This document shows positions 1 through 8,462 of a DNA stretch of 24,000 nt, in pieces; positions within the stretch are counted from its first letter, which is position 1; each line of letters starts with the position of its first letter. A program made the translations under genes and the position numbers. Where the stretch lies: assembly GCA_024233575.1 (NCBI GenBank), contig JACKPN010000008.1, positions 46,106 through 70,105 on the forward strand. The letters run 5' to 3'. The notes below the pieces were generated by a model. The model was not told where the DNA came from, ran no database searches, and was given only the letters and a program-made list of their open reading frames with translations. This stretch comes from Chlamydiales bacterium. GTDB taxonomy: Bacteria; Chlamydiota; Chlamydiia; Chlamydiales; Criblamydiaceae.

Positions 1-2
1 AA

Positions 3-1424
3 TATAGGACCATTGCTCCGGAACAGTTATGTGTGACTATTGGCGATGCGGCGGAACCGAAAACAATCAACACTGCGAAAGAACGGTTGATTTATCTCTT
101 CAAAACATGGGGCTATCCGATGGCCGAGATCACCAATACCGAGGTGGTTGCCGATCAGGAAAAGCAGAACGTTGCGGTAACGATACAAGTGTCTTGCGGG
201 CCTAAAGCTTATTTCGGTCAAGTCGAAGTAAGCGGAAATTGCCGAGTTAATTCCCGATATATTAAACAGAAGATCGCTTGGCGCGAGGGAGCGCTCTACT
301 GTCCGACCTGGATCGAGAAGACAGAGTCCGCTCTTGAAGCAACCAATCTATTCAGCTCGGTCACTGTCAGTTATCCCAACTTCGTCGATGAAAACAACCG
401 CTTGCCGATGACTATCGAGGTACTTGAAGGGAAACATCGCAGCATTGGGGCCGGTCTTTTTTATTCAACGTTAAGGAACTTCGGCGGTACGGCAGAATGG
501 GAGCACCGCAACTTCAATGGCATGGGCGAAATGGTAAGGCTCCGAGGGGAACTATGGCAGGACAAAGCAGAAGGCAGCATCGCCTACATCAAGCCCGACT
601 ACTGCTATCGCGGCCAGGATCTGATTTGGCTTGCCGAATACTACCATGAAGACACCGAAGGGTACGACGAGACCTCGTTCAGTTTTTCGCGGAGCATCAG
701 CAGGAAACTGAGCAAATGTTTAACTATCGGATATGGCATCAAGTACACGCACCTGCGCAACAGCCAGATTCATGAACTGGAAGATCATCAGCGGCAGAGG
801 TTCAATGCTGAGGAGTTCGAGTTGATCAAGCTGCCTTTCCGCGCTTTCTGGAACGGCACCGACAGCTTAATGGATCCTACTTACGGCTACACCGTCCGCG
901 GCAAGTTCGTGCCGAGCTGGCAGGTGAAGGGCAGCCAGTTCCTTTACGGGATCGCTACCATGACAGCTACGAAGTATTACAGGCTCGACCGCAATTGCCG
1001 GTTTATCCTCGCCACGAAGGCAATGTTCGGCTCGGTCTTTGGTGAAGCGCGCGATGTCATTCCGCGATCGGAACTTTTTGACGCCGGCTCGCAAAACACC
1101 TTACGCGGTTACAAATACAAAACAGTCAGCCCCTTGGATGATGAAAATAAACCAACCGGCGGCCGCTCGCTCATGGTTTACTCAGCCGAACTGCGATGGA
1201 GAATGACAAAAACAATGGGCTGGGTTGTTTTCTATGATGTCGGTAACGTGTACAAAGAAGTGATCCCTAAGTTCGACTACAAGCAACTGCAAACACTAGG
1301 TCTGGGATATCGCTATTTTACCCCTGTCGGCCCCCTGCGCCTTGATCTGGCATTTCCATTGAACAAGCGCCCTGGGGTCGACAACAGTTTTGAGTTTTAT
1401 ATGAGCATCGGTCAGGCGTTTTGA
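3..1424 (+). CDS. Omp85-family outer-membrane protein (TamA-like), 5' end lies outside the window
   Basis: The frame is open from position 3, so the track's GTG at 33 is internal. The N-terminal part looks POTRA-like. The C-terminal part looks like a D15/surface-antigen beta-barrel and ends in an aromatic residue (...YMSIGQAF). A TamB-like gene follows 57 nt downstream. Confidence 0.8.
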   Translation, partial: YRTIAPEQLCVTIGDAAEPKTINTAKERLIYLFKTWGYPMAEITNTEVVADQEKQNVAVTIQVSCGPKAYFGQVEVSGNCRVNSRYIKQKIAWREGALYCPTWIEKTESALEATNLFSSVTVSYPNFVDENNRLPMTIEVLEGKHRSIGAGLFYSTLRNFGGTAEWEHRNFNGMGEMVRLRGELWQDKAEGSIAYIKPDYCYRGQDLIWLAEYYHEDTEGYDETSFSFSRSISRKLSKCLTIGYGIKYTHLRNSQIHELEDHQRQRFNAEEFELIKLPFRAFWNGTDSLMDPTYGYTVRGKFVPSWQVKGSQFLYGIATMTATKYYRLDRNCRFILATKAMFGSVFGEARDVIPRSELFDAGSQNTLRGYKYKTVSPLDDENKPTGGRSLMVYSAELRWRMTKTMGWVVFYDVGNVYKEVIPKFDYKQLQTLGLGYRYFTPVGPLRLDLAFPLNKRPGVDNSFEFYMSIGQAF

Positions 1425-1481
1425 CAGCCGACGATAGGTTTTGATATATTAGAGGAAGGCCACAAAGGTCGTTTTAAATTT

Positions 1482-4400
1482 ATGTTTTTAAGGACATTAC
1501 GGTATACAGCTTTAGCGATCATCATTTTGATCTTGTCATCGCTTGCCATTACCCAAATTCCTGCCGTCAAAGATGCTATTGCTGAATATACCCTCGCGAC
1601 GATCGAAAAACAGACAGGCCTTCATGCCGAGGTAGGTAGTATTGAGTTCATGCTGCCCTTTGAGGTAAAAGCGCAAAAAGTCAACGTCACTGAGGGTGAG
1701 CGGCCAATTTTTGATGCCGAACGACTGATCGTTCGCTTCAACCCTCTTTCACTCTTCGAGAAACGACTTAGCTTCCACACCATTCAAATTGTTAAAGGAC
1801 AGCTTCACAACCTCCCTAAAGAAGGCGACGGAGAATCCGCTCCGCTTATCGACATCAAACATCTACTACTAAAGGAGATGCACGTTGATAAACGCGTCTT
1901 TGAGCAAGCTCCCGACGCTCCCTTTGACCTTGAAGGAAAGCTACTCTTCGATGATGTTGAAAACAGCTTTGCCATGGAGATGACGGCGGCCGCCACCGAA
2001 AGTCCGGATCTGAAAACCGCTTTTTCCTTCAACGGCAGCTATGACGACCAAGAACTATCCGGCACAGCCGTTTTCACACAATGCTGTGGCGGTCTCATGA
2101 AAATTCCAGATCTGATTACCGAAGGTAAAGTCAGCATACATGCAAAAGGGCCGTGGAGAAGCTGGCAGAATTTTGATGCCGGTCTCGAAGGCTCTTTTAC
2201 CGGCGATCTCACCTTTGCCCTCCCCTGTCCGCAAGGACATGTCGAAGGCGCTTTCTCTTTCACCGCACCCAAGCTTCCTAAAATTACTAATGTCCGAGCT
2301 AACATGGGCTCTCTGACCGTCTCTGGCCATGGAGAGATCGCGGAAATGGGAAAATTGGAAGATATGCGCTTAAACTTCGAGATCGAGAACCTTAGCGACT
2401 TCGACAACTGCGTTGATGCGACACTGCGAGGCGCTATCAAAGGAACTGCTGTCATTTCCGGCAACATCAACGCTCCCGAGGTGATCCTCAACAGCGAAAG
2501 TGCCGGCGTCACCATTAATGCCTTCACCTTAGGCAAATTCGTTCTCCAAATTGATGCGCTCCTCCAGGAAGAAGGCATGACCGGATCGGCCAAGCTCGCC
2601 GTCGCCAACGGTGAAGAGCCATTTAACTCACGCACCCTGTTCACTTGGGATGGCGCAGATACCATCCAGCTAAAAAACTTGCATGTCTCCCTAGCATACC
2701 TGTCAATGAATGGAGACCTCTCTTTTGGCCTCCCCGAGGGGCCAATCACCGGAGAGGTCAGCGGACGCTGCAAAGACGTTTCTTCAATCGGCGCTCTTTT
2801 TCGTAAAGAGATCGACGGCGACATTGAGTTCAAAGCGCGCTTCAACGAAACACCTGTCGTCGGGCAGAGCGTCGATATCTCGGCAAAAGGCGAGCGCCTC
2901 GCCTATGACCACATCGTCGTCAACGACTATGATTTTGCGATCTCCGTCACCGACATTTTCAACCATCCCCAAGGACATGTCATTATTTCCACCGGCGATG
3001 CAAATTACGACAACTTAAGGTTGTCGCAGCTTTTCCTCCACACCGAACTAGACCCTGAAGCCTCGCAGTGGCCTTTTACTATCGAAGCAAAAGGCCATCG
3101 CTATAAAAAGTTCTCCGTGGAAACCAACGGTGCCTGGTTCATGAATAAAGAGCTGATATCGTTCACCCTAAACTCAATCGACGGCGTTATCGACGACGCC
3201 GATGTCCTTCTTGTCGATCCCGTCACTATCGTATATGGTCCTGAACAAATTGAGATCACCCCTCTTCTGTTGCGCATTGGCGACGGTTCCATTTATACCA
3301 CGATGGATTATAGTAACGATGACATCCACTCCACGCTGCGCGTAGATTCCATCCCCTTAAACTTTATCAACATGGCCAACTTCATGCAGCCGCTTGAAGG
3401 GTTGGTTTCCGCAGAAGCATACCTATACGGCCCACCCACGCACCTGATCGGACAGATGCAAATGAACATCACCGGCATGCGTATTGTCGACCAAGCGTTT
3501 TCCCATACCCCTACAATGCATGGAGGATTCCAGGTTCATCTCAACGACAGCGGTATTGATTTCAACGGAGGCCTGACCGGATCCGGCGAGGAGCCTATCG
3601 CTCTTGAGGGCAAGATCCCTGTGCGCTTCATGCTAACCGCTCCGCTGATGCTCCCCGACTACGAGGCTCCCCTGTCCGTCAAAGCGCATGCGCGCGGTCC
3701 TGTGGCCCCTTTGCTTGAGTTATTCCTATCTAACGGCACTCTGATCAGCGGCTACAGCCAATTAGAGTTAATGCTAGGCGGCACAATGGAAAAGCCCACC
3801 ATGCAAGGCAGTCTCATGCTGACTGAAGGCCGCATTGAAAGCCTCGATTCCGGTGCTGTCTTCAACGATGTCTATGCCTTTGTTGAAGCTCATGACGACC
3901 GCATTACCCTGAAGGACTTCACTGGCCACGACCCACAAGGCGGCTCCGTCAGCGGCAGTGGCACACTTCTGCTCCATCCTAAGGAGTTATTTCCGTTCGA
4001 TCTCAAATTCCAGCTTCAAGACGCCGAGCTCATCAATATCGACACCATCAGCGCCCCCATGAGCGGCACCCTAACGTTTAAGGGCAACTATCACGAAGCT
4101 GAGATCTCTGGATCGGTGAATTCGCGTGCAACGATGATACGCCTTCCAAAGCAATCCGTAGAACAGATCGAGACCATCACGATCACTTACATCAACCAAC
4201 CTGAGAATGTTCGACCTCCCACGCCAAGCACCCTACCGGCGCTATTTGAATGGCCAGTAAAGCTAAACGTCGAGCTGGAAATCCCTGACAAATTGGAGAT
4301 TGTCGGCGGCGACCTCACTAGCGAGTGGCGCGGAAAAGGCATGCTGGAAGGGTCGCTTGAGGAGCCTCAGCTCAATGGTCAGCTAGAGCTCAGAAAGGGC

Positions 4401-4988
4401 ACCTACCTGCTTAACGGCAAAGAGTTCAGCCTCAAGAAGGGGACGATACAGCTTGGCGGGCAAGTGCCGAAGCAAACCTCGCTCTATGTCGTTGCCTCCC
4501 GTAATATCAACAACTACCGGGTCGAAGTCATCGTCAAAGGGCCTGTCAAAAAACCCGGCATCAACTTCCGTTCCAACCCAGCTCTTAGCGAGCGCGCCAT
4601 CCTGTCGCTAATCTTGTTTGGTTCTGTCCCCTCAGATCTCACCTACTTCGAAGGTGAGCAATTAAGCGAATCGTTCACGGAACTCAATACCGACGAAGGC
4701 GAAGGTCCTGACACGCTTAGCCGCATTCGACAGGCATTAAATGTTGACCAGATAGACATTAGTAGGGAGACCATGACCACTGAAGATGACGATGAGACAA
4801 CGGACGTTTCCATACAGGTAGGAAAATATCTCACTGAGGATGTTTTTATCTCTGTCAACCGCAGGCTTGGCGAAGACGTTAACAGCGTTGCAATCGAAGT
4901 CAAGCTTCATGAGGACGTCAGAGCATCCGTAGAAGCCGGAGACAACGCAGAGGTGCAGGCCGGTCTCATGTGGCGTCGCGACTACTAA
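1482..4988 (+). CDS. tamB: TamB-like translocation and assembly module protein (AsmA-like/DUF490 C-terminus)
   Basis: 1168 aa with an N-terminal signal-anchor (MFLRTLRYTALAIIILILSSLAI). The body is long and beta-rich. The C-terminal region (...VGKYLTEDVFISVNRRLGEDVNSVAIEVKL...GLMWRRDY) is typical of TamB DUF490. It is paired with an upstream Omp85 gene. Confidence 0.85.
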   Translation: MFLRTLRYTALAIIILILSSLAITQIPAVKDAIAEYTLATIEKQTGLHAEVGSIEFMLPFEVKAQKVNVTEGERPIFDAERLIVRFNPLSLFEKRLSFHTIQIVKGQLHNLPKEGDGESAPLIDIKHLLLKEMHVDKRVFEQAPDAPFDLEGKLLFDDVENSFAMEMTAAATESPDLKTAFSFNGSYDDQELSGTAVFTQCCGGLMKIPDLITEGKVSIHAKGPWRSWQNFDAGLEGSFTGDLTFALPCPQGHVEGAFSFTAPKLPKITNVRANMGSLTVSGHGEIAEMGKLEDMRLNFEIENLSDFDNCVDATLRGAIKGTAVISGNINAPEVILNSESAGVTINAFTLGKFVLQIDALLQEEGMTGSAKLAVANGEEPFNSRTLFTWDGADTIQLKNLHVSLAYLSMNGDLSFGLPEGPITGEVSGRCKDVSSIGALFRKEIDGDIEFKARFNETPVVGQSVDISAKGERLAYDHIVVNDYDFAISVTDIFNHPQGHVIISTGDANYDNLRLSQLFLHTELDPEASQWPFTIEAKGHRYKKFSVETNGAWFMNKELISFTLNSIDGVIDDADVLLVDPVTIVYGPEQIEITPLLLRIGDGSIYTTMDYSNDDIHSTLRVDSIPLNFINMANFMQPLEGLVSAEAYLYGPPTHLIGQMQMNITGMRIVDQAFSHTPTMHGGFQVHLNDSGIDFNGGLTGSGEEPIALEGKIPVRFMLTAPLMLPDYEAPLSVKAHARGPVAPLLELFLSNGTLISGYSQLELMLGGTMEKPTMQGSLMLTEGRIESLDSGAVFNDVYAFVEAHDDRITLKDFTGHDPQGGSVSGSGTLLLHPKELFPFDLKFQLQDAELINIDTISAPMSGTLTFKGNYHEAEISGSVNSRATMIRLPKQSVEQIETITITYINQPENVRPPTPSTLPALFEWPVKLNVELEIPDKLEIVGGDLTSEWRGKGMLEGSLEEPQLNGQLELRKGTYLLNGKEFSLKKGTIQLGGQVPKQTSLYVVASRNINNYRVEVIVKGPVKKPGINFRSNPALSERAILSLILFGSVPSDLTYFEGEQLSESFTELNTDEGEGPDTLSRIRQALNVDQIDISRETMTTEDDDETTDVSIQVGKYLTEDVFISVNRRLGEDVNSVAIEVKLHEDVRASVEAGDNAEVQAGLMWRRDY

Positions 4989-5235
4989 GATCTGCCTCTG
5001 TGTTAATAATTCGAGCAAATATGTGAAGAACGAAATCTCCTTTTTACAAGCAGCTAATCAGCCTCATTTTCCGGTAGGCTGAAACATGTGACGCTAGGCA
5101 AATGCAAAGCGTGAAAGTCGATAAGCGAGCCAAACGACAAGTTCATAGTTAAATGCTATGAATGAGGAGTGTAGAGACCTTAGGACTGCCCATTTTTCTC
5201 TCTATCAAGATTTAAGCAAAATACAGGCTAGATAG

Positions 5236-5280
5236 TTTGTATCCGTTCAGTAAGGGTCAAATAGCTGGTGTAGAAACACC
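5236..5280. repeat. IS terminal inverted repeat (left copy)
   Basis: tttgtatccgttcagtaagggtcaaatagctggtgtagaaacacc is the exact reverse complement of 6661-6705. It contains a GTAAGGG core resembling the GTAAGCG-type IS66 ends. Confidence 0.8.
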
Positions 5281-6606
5281 TGATTGAAATGTGGCTCGAT
5301 ATGCTTGTTCAAAGAAAGGTAGAACCTCTCCGCCCTGTTTCTTAAGTGTCATCCATAATGATACAGCTCTTTCCAAAAATCTACTTCCCTCATCACTCTG
5401 CGTTCCATAGGATGTTTTCCTCCAAAGAACGATATGACGCAGTGTTCGTTCTGCCGCATTATTTGTGCAGTCTACCTCAGGATATCTAGTAAAGAGAAAA
5501 AGATTGTTATATTCATTCAGTAATCGGTCGGCAAATCGCGAGAACTTTTCTGAACCATTGGCAAGTGTATCATATAAAACCTCTTTCAGCCTTTTCCTTC
5601 GATAACACACTCGTTGTTGCATCGTTTTTCGACAAGAAAGGTGGCATGCTTGAAAAATTTCTTTAAGCTCAAATAGAGCTTTCTCTCCTATTTGTTTATC
5701 CGGTCCATCCCTTTGAGCAAACTTTTGAAAGTCCCTCTTGAGATGAGCTAAACAATATTGGTGTCTGTCATAAGCATAAACCTGATAACGATCCGTTATT
5801 GTAATTCCAGGATGTCCTCTAGGGCGTACTTTGGCTAGGCTAGCAATGCCTCGTGTAGGAAGTATGCGAATCAATACCTCCTGTTTAGTGGTCACTGTCC
5901 AAACATATTGTGTTTTTGCGCATTGCCGAAAACTCGTCTCGTCCACGTACGCTACCTTCTTGTTACAGGCTCTATGGGAAAGCGTATCATAGACTGGCTT
6001 CAAACCTCTGGAGAGCTTGCGTTCCATAGCAGGGAGACTGCCAAGTGAGATCTCTATGTTACATAGAGTCTTAAGAAGAGTTTGAATGGTACGCTTACTC
6101 ATCCTATAGACAGAGCTACATGCGCCAATGAAACTGATGAGCTTAGAGCCAAAACAGCTTCTGTCATAGTCTTTGGGAAAGGGTGCTATTAGATTTTTTC
6201 GACATCCACAGCATGTTGCTTTTTGAAGCTCAATCTGTGTAACGATAGGTTTAATATCTGGCAGCTCTGCTTGCTGAAAAATCTGAGGATTTTTGTACTC
6301 CAGATCTTTTGAACCGCAATATTCACACTTTTTTAAAGAAGAGTAGACTCTCTGAGATATCTCATCCTCAGAGTAGAGTTTACGATAATGACCACGGTGC
6401 CCTTTCTTGGCACCTCCTTTTGGGGACTGCTTGTTCTTCTTTTGGTCTGAACTCGGCGGTTTAGAGCTGTTTTTAGAATTTAAGTTAAGACGTTCTTCAA
6501 GTTCGTCAACTCGCTTTTGCAAGCGTTTGTTGGTCTGTTGAAGTTCAAAATTGGCTCGACTAAGGAGCTGGACCATTTCAAAAAGGTCATCGTAAGTAGG
6601 TTTCAT
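5257..6606 (-). CDS. IS66-family DDE transposase
   Basis: 449 aa with an N-terminal heptad/leucine-zipper-like helix and SSKPPSSD. It has Cys pairs (CEYCGS ... CCGCRK). Catalytic-region motifs are YVDETSF, ITDRYQVY, CLAHLKRDF and TNNAAERTLRHIVLWRKTSYG, all characteristic of IS66 TnpC-type transposases. The stop codon lies inside the left IR. Confidence 0.9.
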   Translation of the reverse strand: MKPTYDDLFEMVQLLSRANFELQQTNKRLQKRVDELEERLNLNSKNSSKPPSSDQKKNKQSPKGGAKKGHRGHYRKLYSEDEISQRVYSSLKKCEYCGSKDLEYKNPQIFQQAELPDIKPIVTQIELQKATCCGCRKNLIAPFPKDYDRSCFGSKLISFIGACSSVYRMSKRTIQTLLKTLCNIEISLGSLPAMERKLSRGLKPVYDTLSHRACNKKVAYVDETSFRQCAKTQYVWTVTTKQEVLIRILPTRGIASLAKVRPRGHPGITITDRYQVYAYDRHQYCLAHLKRDFQKFAQRDGPDKQIGEKALFELKEIFQACHLSCRKTMQQRVCYRRKRLKEVLYDTLANGSEKFSRFADRLLNEYNNLFLFTRYPEVDCTNNAAERTLRHIVLWRKTSYGTQSDEGSRFLERAVSLWMTLKKQGGEVLPFFEQAYRATFQSGVSTPAI

Positions 6607-6614
6607 GGTTAAGA

Positions 6615-6643
6615 ACTATAAACATAAACGTTTATGTTGTCAC
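6615..6643 (-). promoter_or_regulatory. Candidate transposase promoter with a palindromic spacer
   Basis: On the minus strand: GTGACA (6643-6638), a 17-nt spacer, then TATAGT (6620-6615). Only 8 nt separate the -10 box from the ATG at 6606, and there is no SD. The 18-bp perfect palindrome aacataaacgtttatgtt (6621-6638) fills the 17-nt spacer and its last base overlaps the first base of the -35 hexamer. Confidence 0.4.
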
Positions 6644-6660
6644 CCCCCCTGAACGGATAC

Positions 6661-6705
6661 GGTGTTTCTACACCAGCTATTTGACCCTTACTGAACGGAT
6701 ACAAA
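6661..6705. repeat. IS terminal inverted repeat (right copy)
   Basis: Exact reverse complement of 5236-5280 (45/45). Confidence 0.8.
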
Positions 6706-6882
6706 AAAGTTCAAGAATCGGAATTTTGTAATTGGGAAAGCGGATTCTTGAATTATTTTCGGTATAAAAGCTTTACATTTCAAATCTTTCAATATACATA
6801 AAGCTTCATCTTTGTCCTTTCACCTTTTACCCTATTTAGCTATATGGTATGTTGAGGAAAATTCCTAACGCGAACAACGGAA

Positions 6883-7677
6883 ATGACAACGCTGCTTTCC
6901 CAACTGGTCGAAGTTCTTGGTGACTACATACTTCTGATCTGGCATGTGATCACGGTCTCACTCCGCCGCCCTCCGCACTGGGCTCTGGTAAGGGATCAGC
7001 TCCACGAGATCGGCGTTATGTCCTTGCCTGTTGTTGCCATCACGGGATTCTCCACAGGAATGGTTCTCGCTGCACAGTCGTTCTTCCAACTTTCAGACAA
7101 AGGCCTTGCCAGCGCGACGGGATTGATGGTCACCAAAGCGATGATGGTGGAACTGGGCCCTGTACTGACGGCGTTCATGGTAACGGGACGTGTCGGCGCG
7201 GCGATGTGCGCCGAGTTAGGCACTATGCGTGTTACCGAACAGATCGACGCGATGCGCTCGATGTCGGTCGACCCGCTGCGCTACCTTGTCGCCCCGCGAT
7301 TTGTTGCGGGCATCTCGATGCTGCCGCTATTAACGGTGTTCAGCTGCGTCATGGGGATCTTCGGCGGATATATCATCGCGGTCTACTACTATAACATGCC
7401 TCCTACCTCATACTTAGACCCACTGCCAATCCATGTGACTAACTTCGACCTGTTTAGCGGCCTTGTCAAGGCGTTTGTCTTCGGCGTGATCATTGTAACG
7501 ATCTCCTGCTACCGCGGCATGACAACGCATGGCGGTGCTGCCGGCGTGGGCCGCGCAACGACGAATAGCGTGGTAATCTGCTACTCAGTCATCCTGATCG
7601 GCAACTTCTTCCTGACTTTGGGCCTGAACAGCTCATCGTCATTTATCTCTGGATTCCTAGATCGGTGGTTCGGCTAA
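6883..7677 (+). CDS. mlaE: MlaE-family ABC transporter permease
   Basis: 264 aa polytopic membrane protein of MlaE/YrbE/TGD1 type (...VTEQIDAMRSMSVDPLRYLVAPRF...). It is followed by an MlaF-like ATPase and an MCE-domain protein. Confidence 0.85.
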   Translation: MTTLLSQLVEVLGDYILLIWHVITVSLRRPPHWALVRDQLHEIGVMSLPVVAITGFSTGMVLAAQSFFQLSDKGLASATGLMVTKAMMVELGPVLTAFMVTGRVGAAMCAELGTMRVTEQIDAMRSMSVDPLRYLVAPRFVAGISMLPLLTVFSCVMGIFGGYIIAVYYYNMPPTSYLDPLPIHVTNFDLFSGLVKAFVFGVIIVTISCYRGMTTHGGAAGVGRATTNSVVICYSVILIGNFFLTLGLNSSSSFISGFLDRWFG

Positions 7678-8459
7678 TGACAACGATGATCAAAGTACGC
7701 AATCTCTATAAAAGCTACGGCAATCTCAAAGTATTGAGCGGGTTGAACCTTGACGTTCTCGAGGGTGAGACCGTTGTTATTTTGGGGCGTTCGGGAGTCG
7801 GTAAAAGCGTTCTGTTACGCCAGATCATCGGCATTGAAAGACCCGATAAGGGCGAGGTGTTTATCGAAGGGCAAGATATCCTTAGAGGCAGTGAAAAAGA
7901 AAGACGGCGGGTGATCAAAAAGATGGGGATGCTCTTCCAAGGGGCCGCGCTTTTCGACTCGCTAACACTCGGTGAAAATGTCGCTTTTTACCTGAGGCAG
8001 CATGAAAGCCATCTTTCTGAAGAGGAAATCAACCACCGCGTTGCCGAGGCATTATCAATGGTCGACATGGCTGGCACCGAAAGTAAAATGCCGTCAGACC
8101 TATCGGGAGGGATGCGGAAAAGAGGTGCTTTGGCACGGGTCATCGTCTACAGTCCCCGTATCGTCCTCTATGATGAACCGACCACCGGGCTGGATCCGAT
8201 CACGGCGATGCAGATCAACCACCTAATTATCGAAGCGCGTCGGAAACTTAACGCAACGTCAATCGTTGTGACGCATGACATCAAATCAGCAATGGAAGTG
8301 GGCGATAGGATCGCTTTTCACTACGATGGGCGGATTATTCATATTGCCCCCAAAGAAGAGTTTATGAATATTGACGATCCGCATATTCAAGCATTCTTCG
8401 AAAATGCCGCATTGACAGATGAGTATCTCCAAGATAAAAAGATGAAGAGGAGTGAATAA
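7677..8459 (+). CDS. mlaF: MlaF-like ABC transporter ATP-binding protein
   Basis: Walker A GRSGVGKS, ABC signature LSGGMRKR and Walker B VLYDEPTTGLD. I chose the ATG at 7677, which gives a TAATG stop/start overlap with mlaE, over the track's GTG at 7665. Confidence 0.85.
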   Translation: MTTMIKVRNLYKSYGNLKVLSGLNLDVLEGETVVILGRSGVGKSVLLRQIIGIERPDKGEVFIEGQDILRGSEKERRRVIKKMGMLFQGAALFDSLTLGENVAFYLRQHESHLSEEEINHRVAEALSMVDMAGTESKMPSDLSGGMRKRGALARVIVYSPRIVLYDEPTTGLDPITAMQINHLIIEARRKLNATSIVVTHDIKSAMEVGDRIAFHYDGRIIHIAPKEEFMNIDDPHIQAFFENAALTDEYLQDKKMKRSE

Positions 8460-8462
8460 CGT

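Larger units (their letters stand above)
5236..6705 (-). mobile_element. IS66-family insertion sequence, single-ORF (ISBst12-like) layout, apparently intact
   Basis: 45-bp perfect inverted repeats (5236-5280 and 6661-6705) bracket one intact transposase ORF. The element sits in the tamB-mlaE intergenic region. Confidence 0.8.

Noticed and set aside
2039-2845. 268-aa minus-strand ORF (plus several 60-100-aa ORFs) antisense to tamB
   Set aside because: It is a shadow ORF inside a well-supported 1168-aa gene. The translation is S/P/R-rich and low-complexity, with no SD or family resemblance.
5059-5081. cagcct-(11 nt)-aggctg hairpin as a tamB terminator
   Set aside because: The stem is only 6 bp with an 11-nt loop, there is no following T-tract, and it lies 70 nt past the stop. 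This is not distinguishable from chance.
5228-6713. Target-site duplication flanking the IS
   Set aside because: I checked the 8-bp flanks for both plausible end definitions and no direct repeat is present. The flanking tccgttca/tgaacgga match is part of the inverted repeat, not a TSD.
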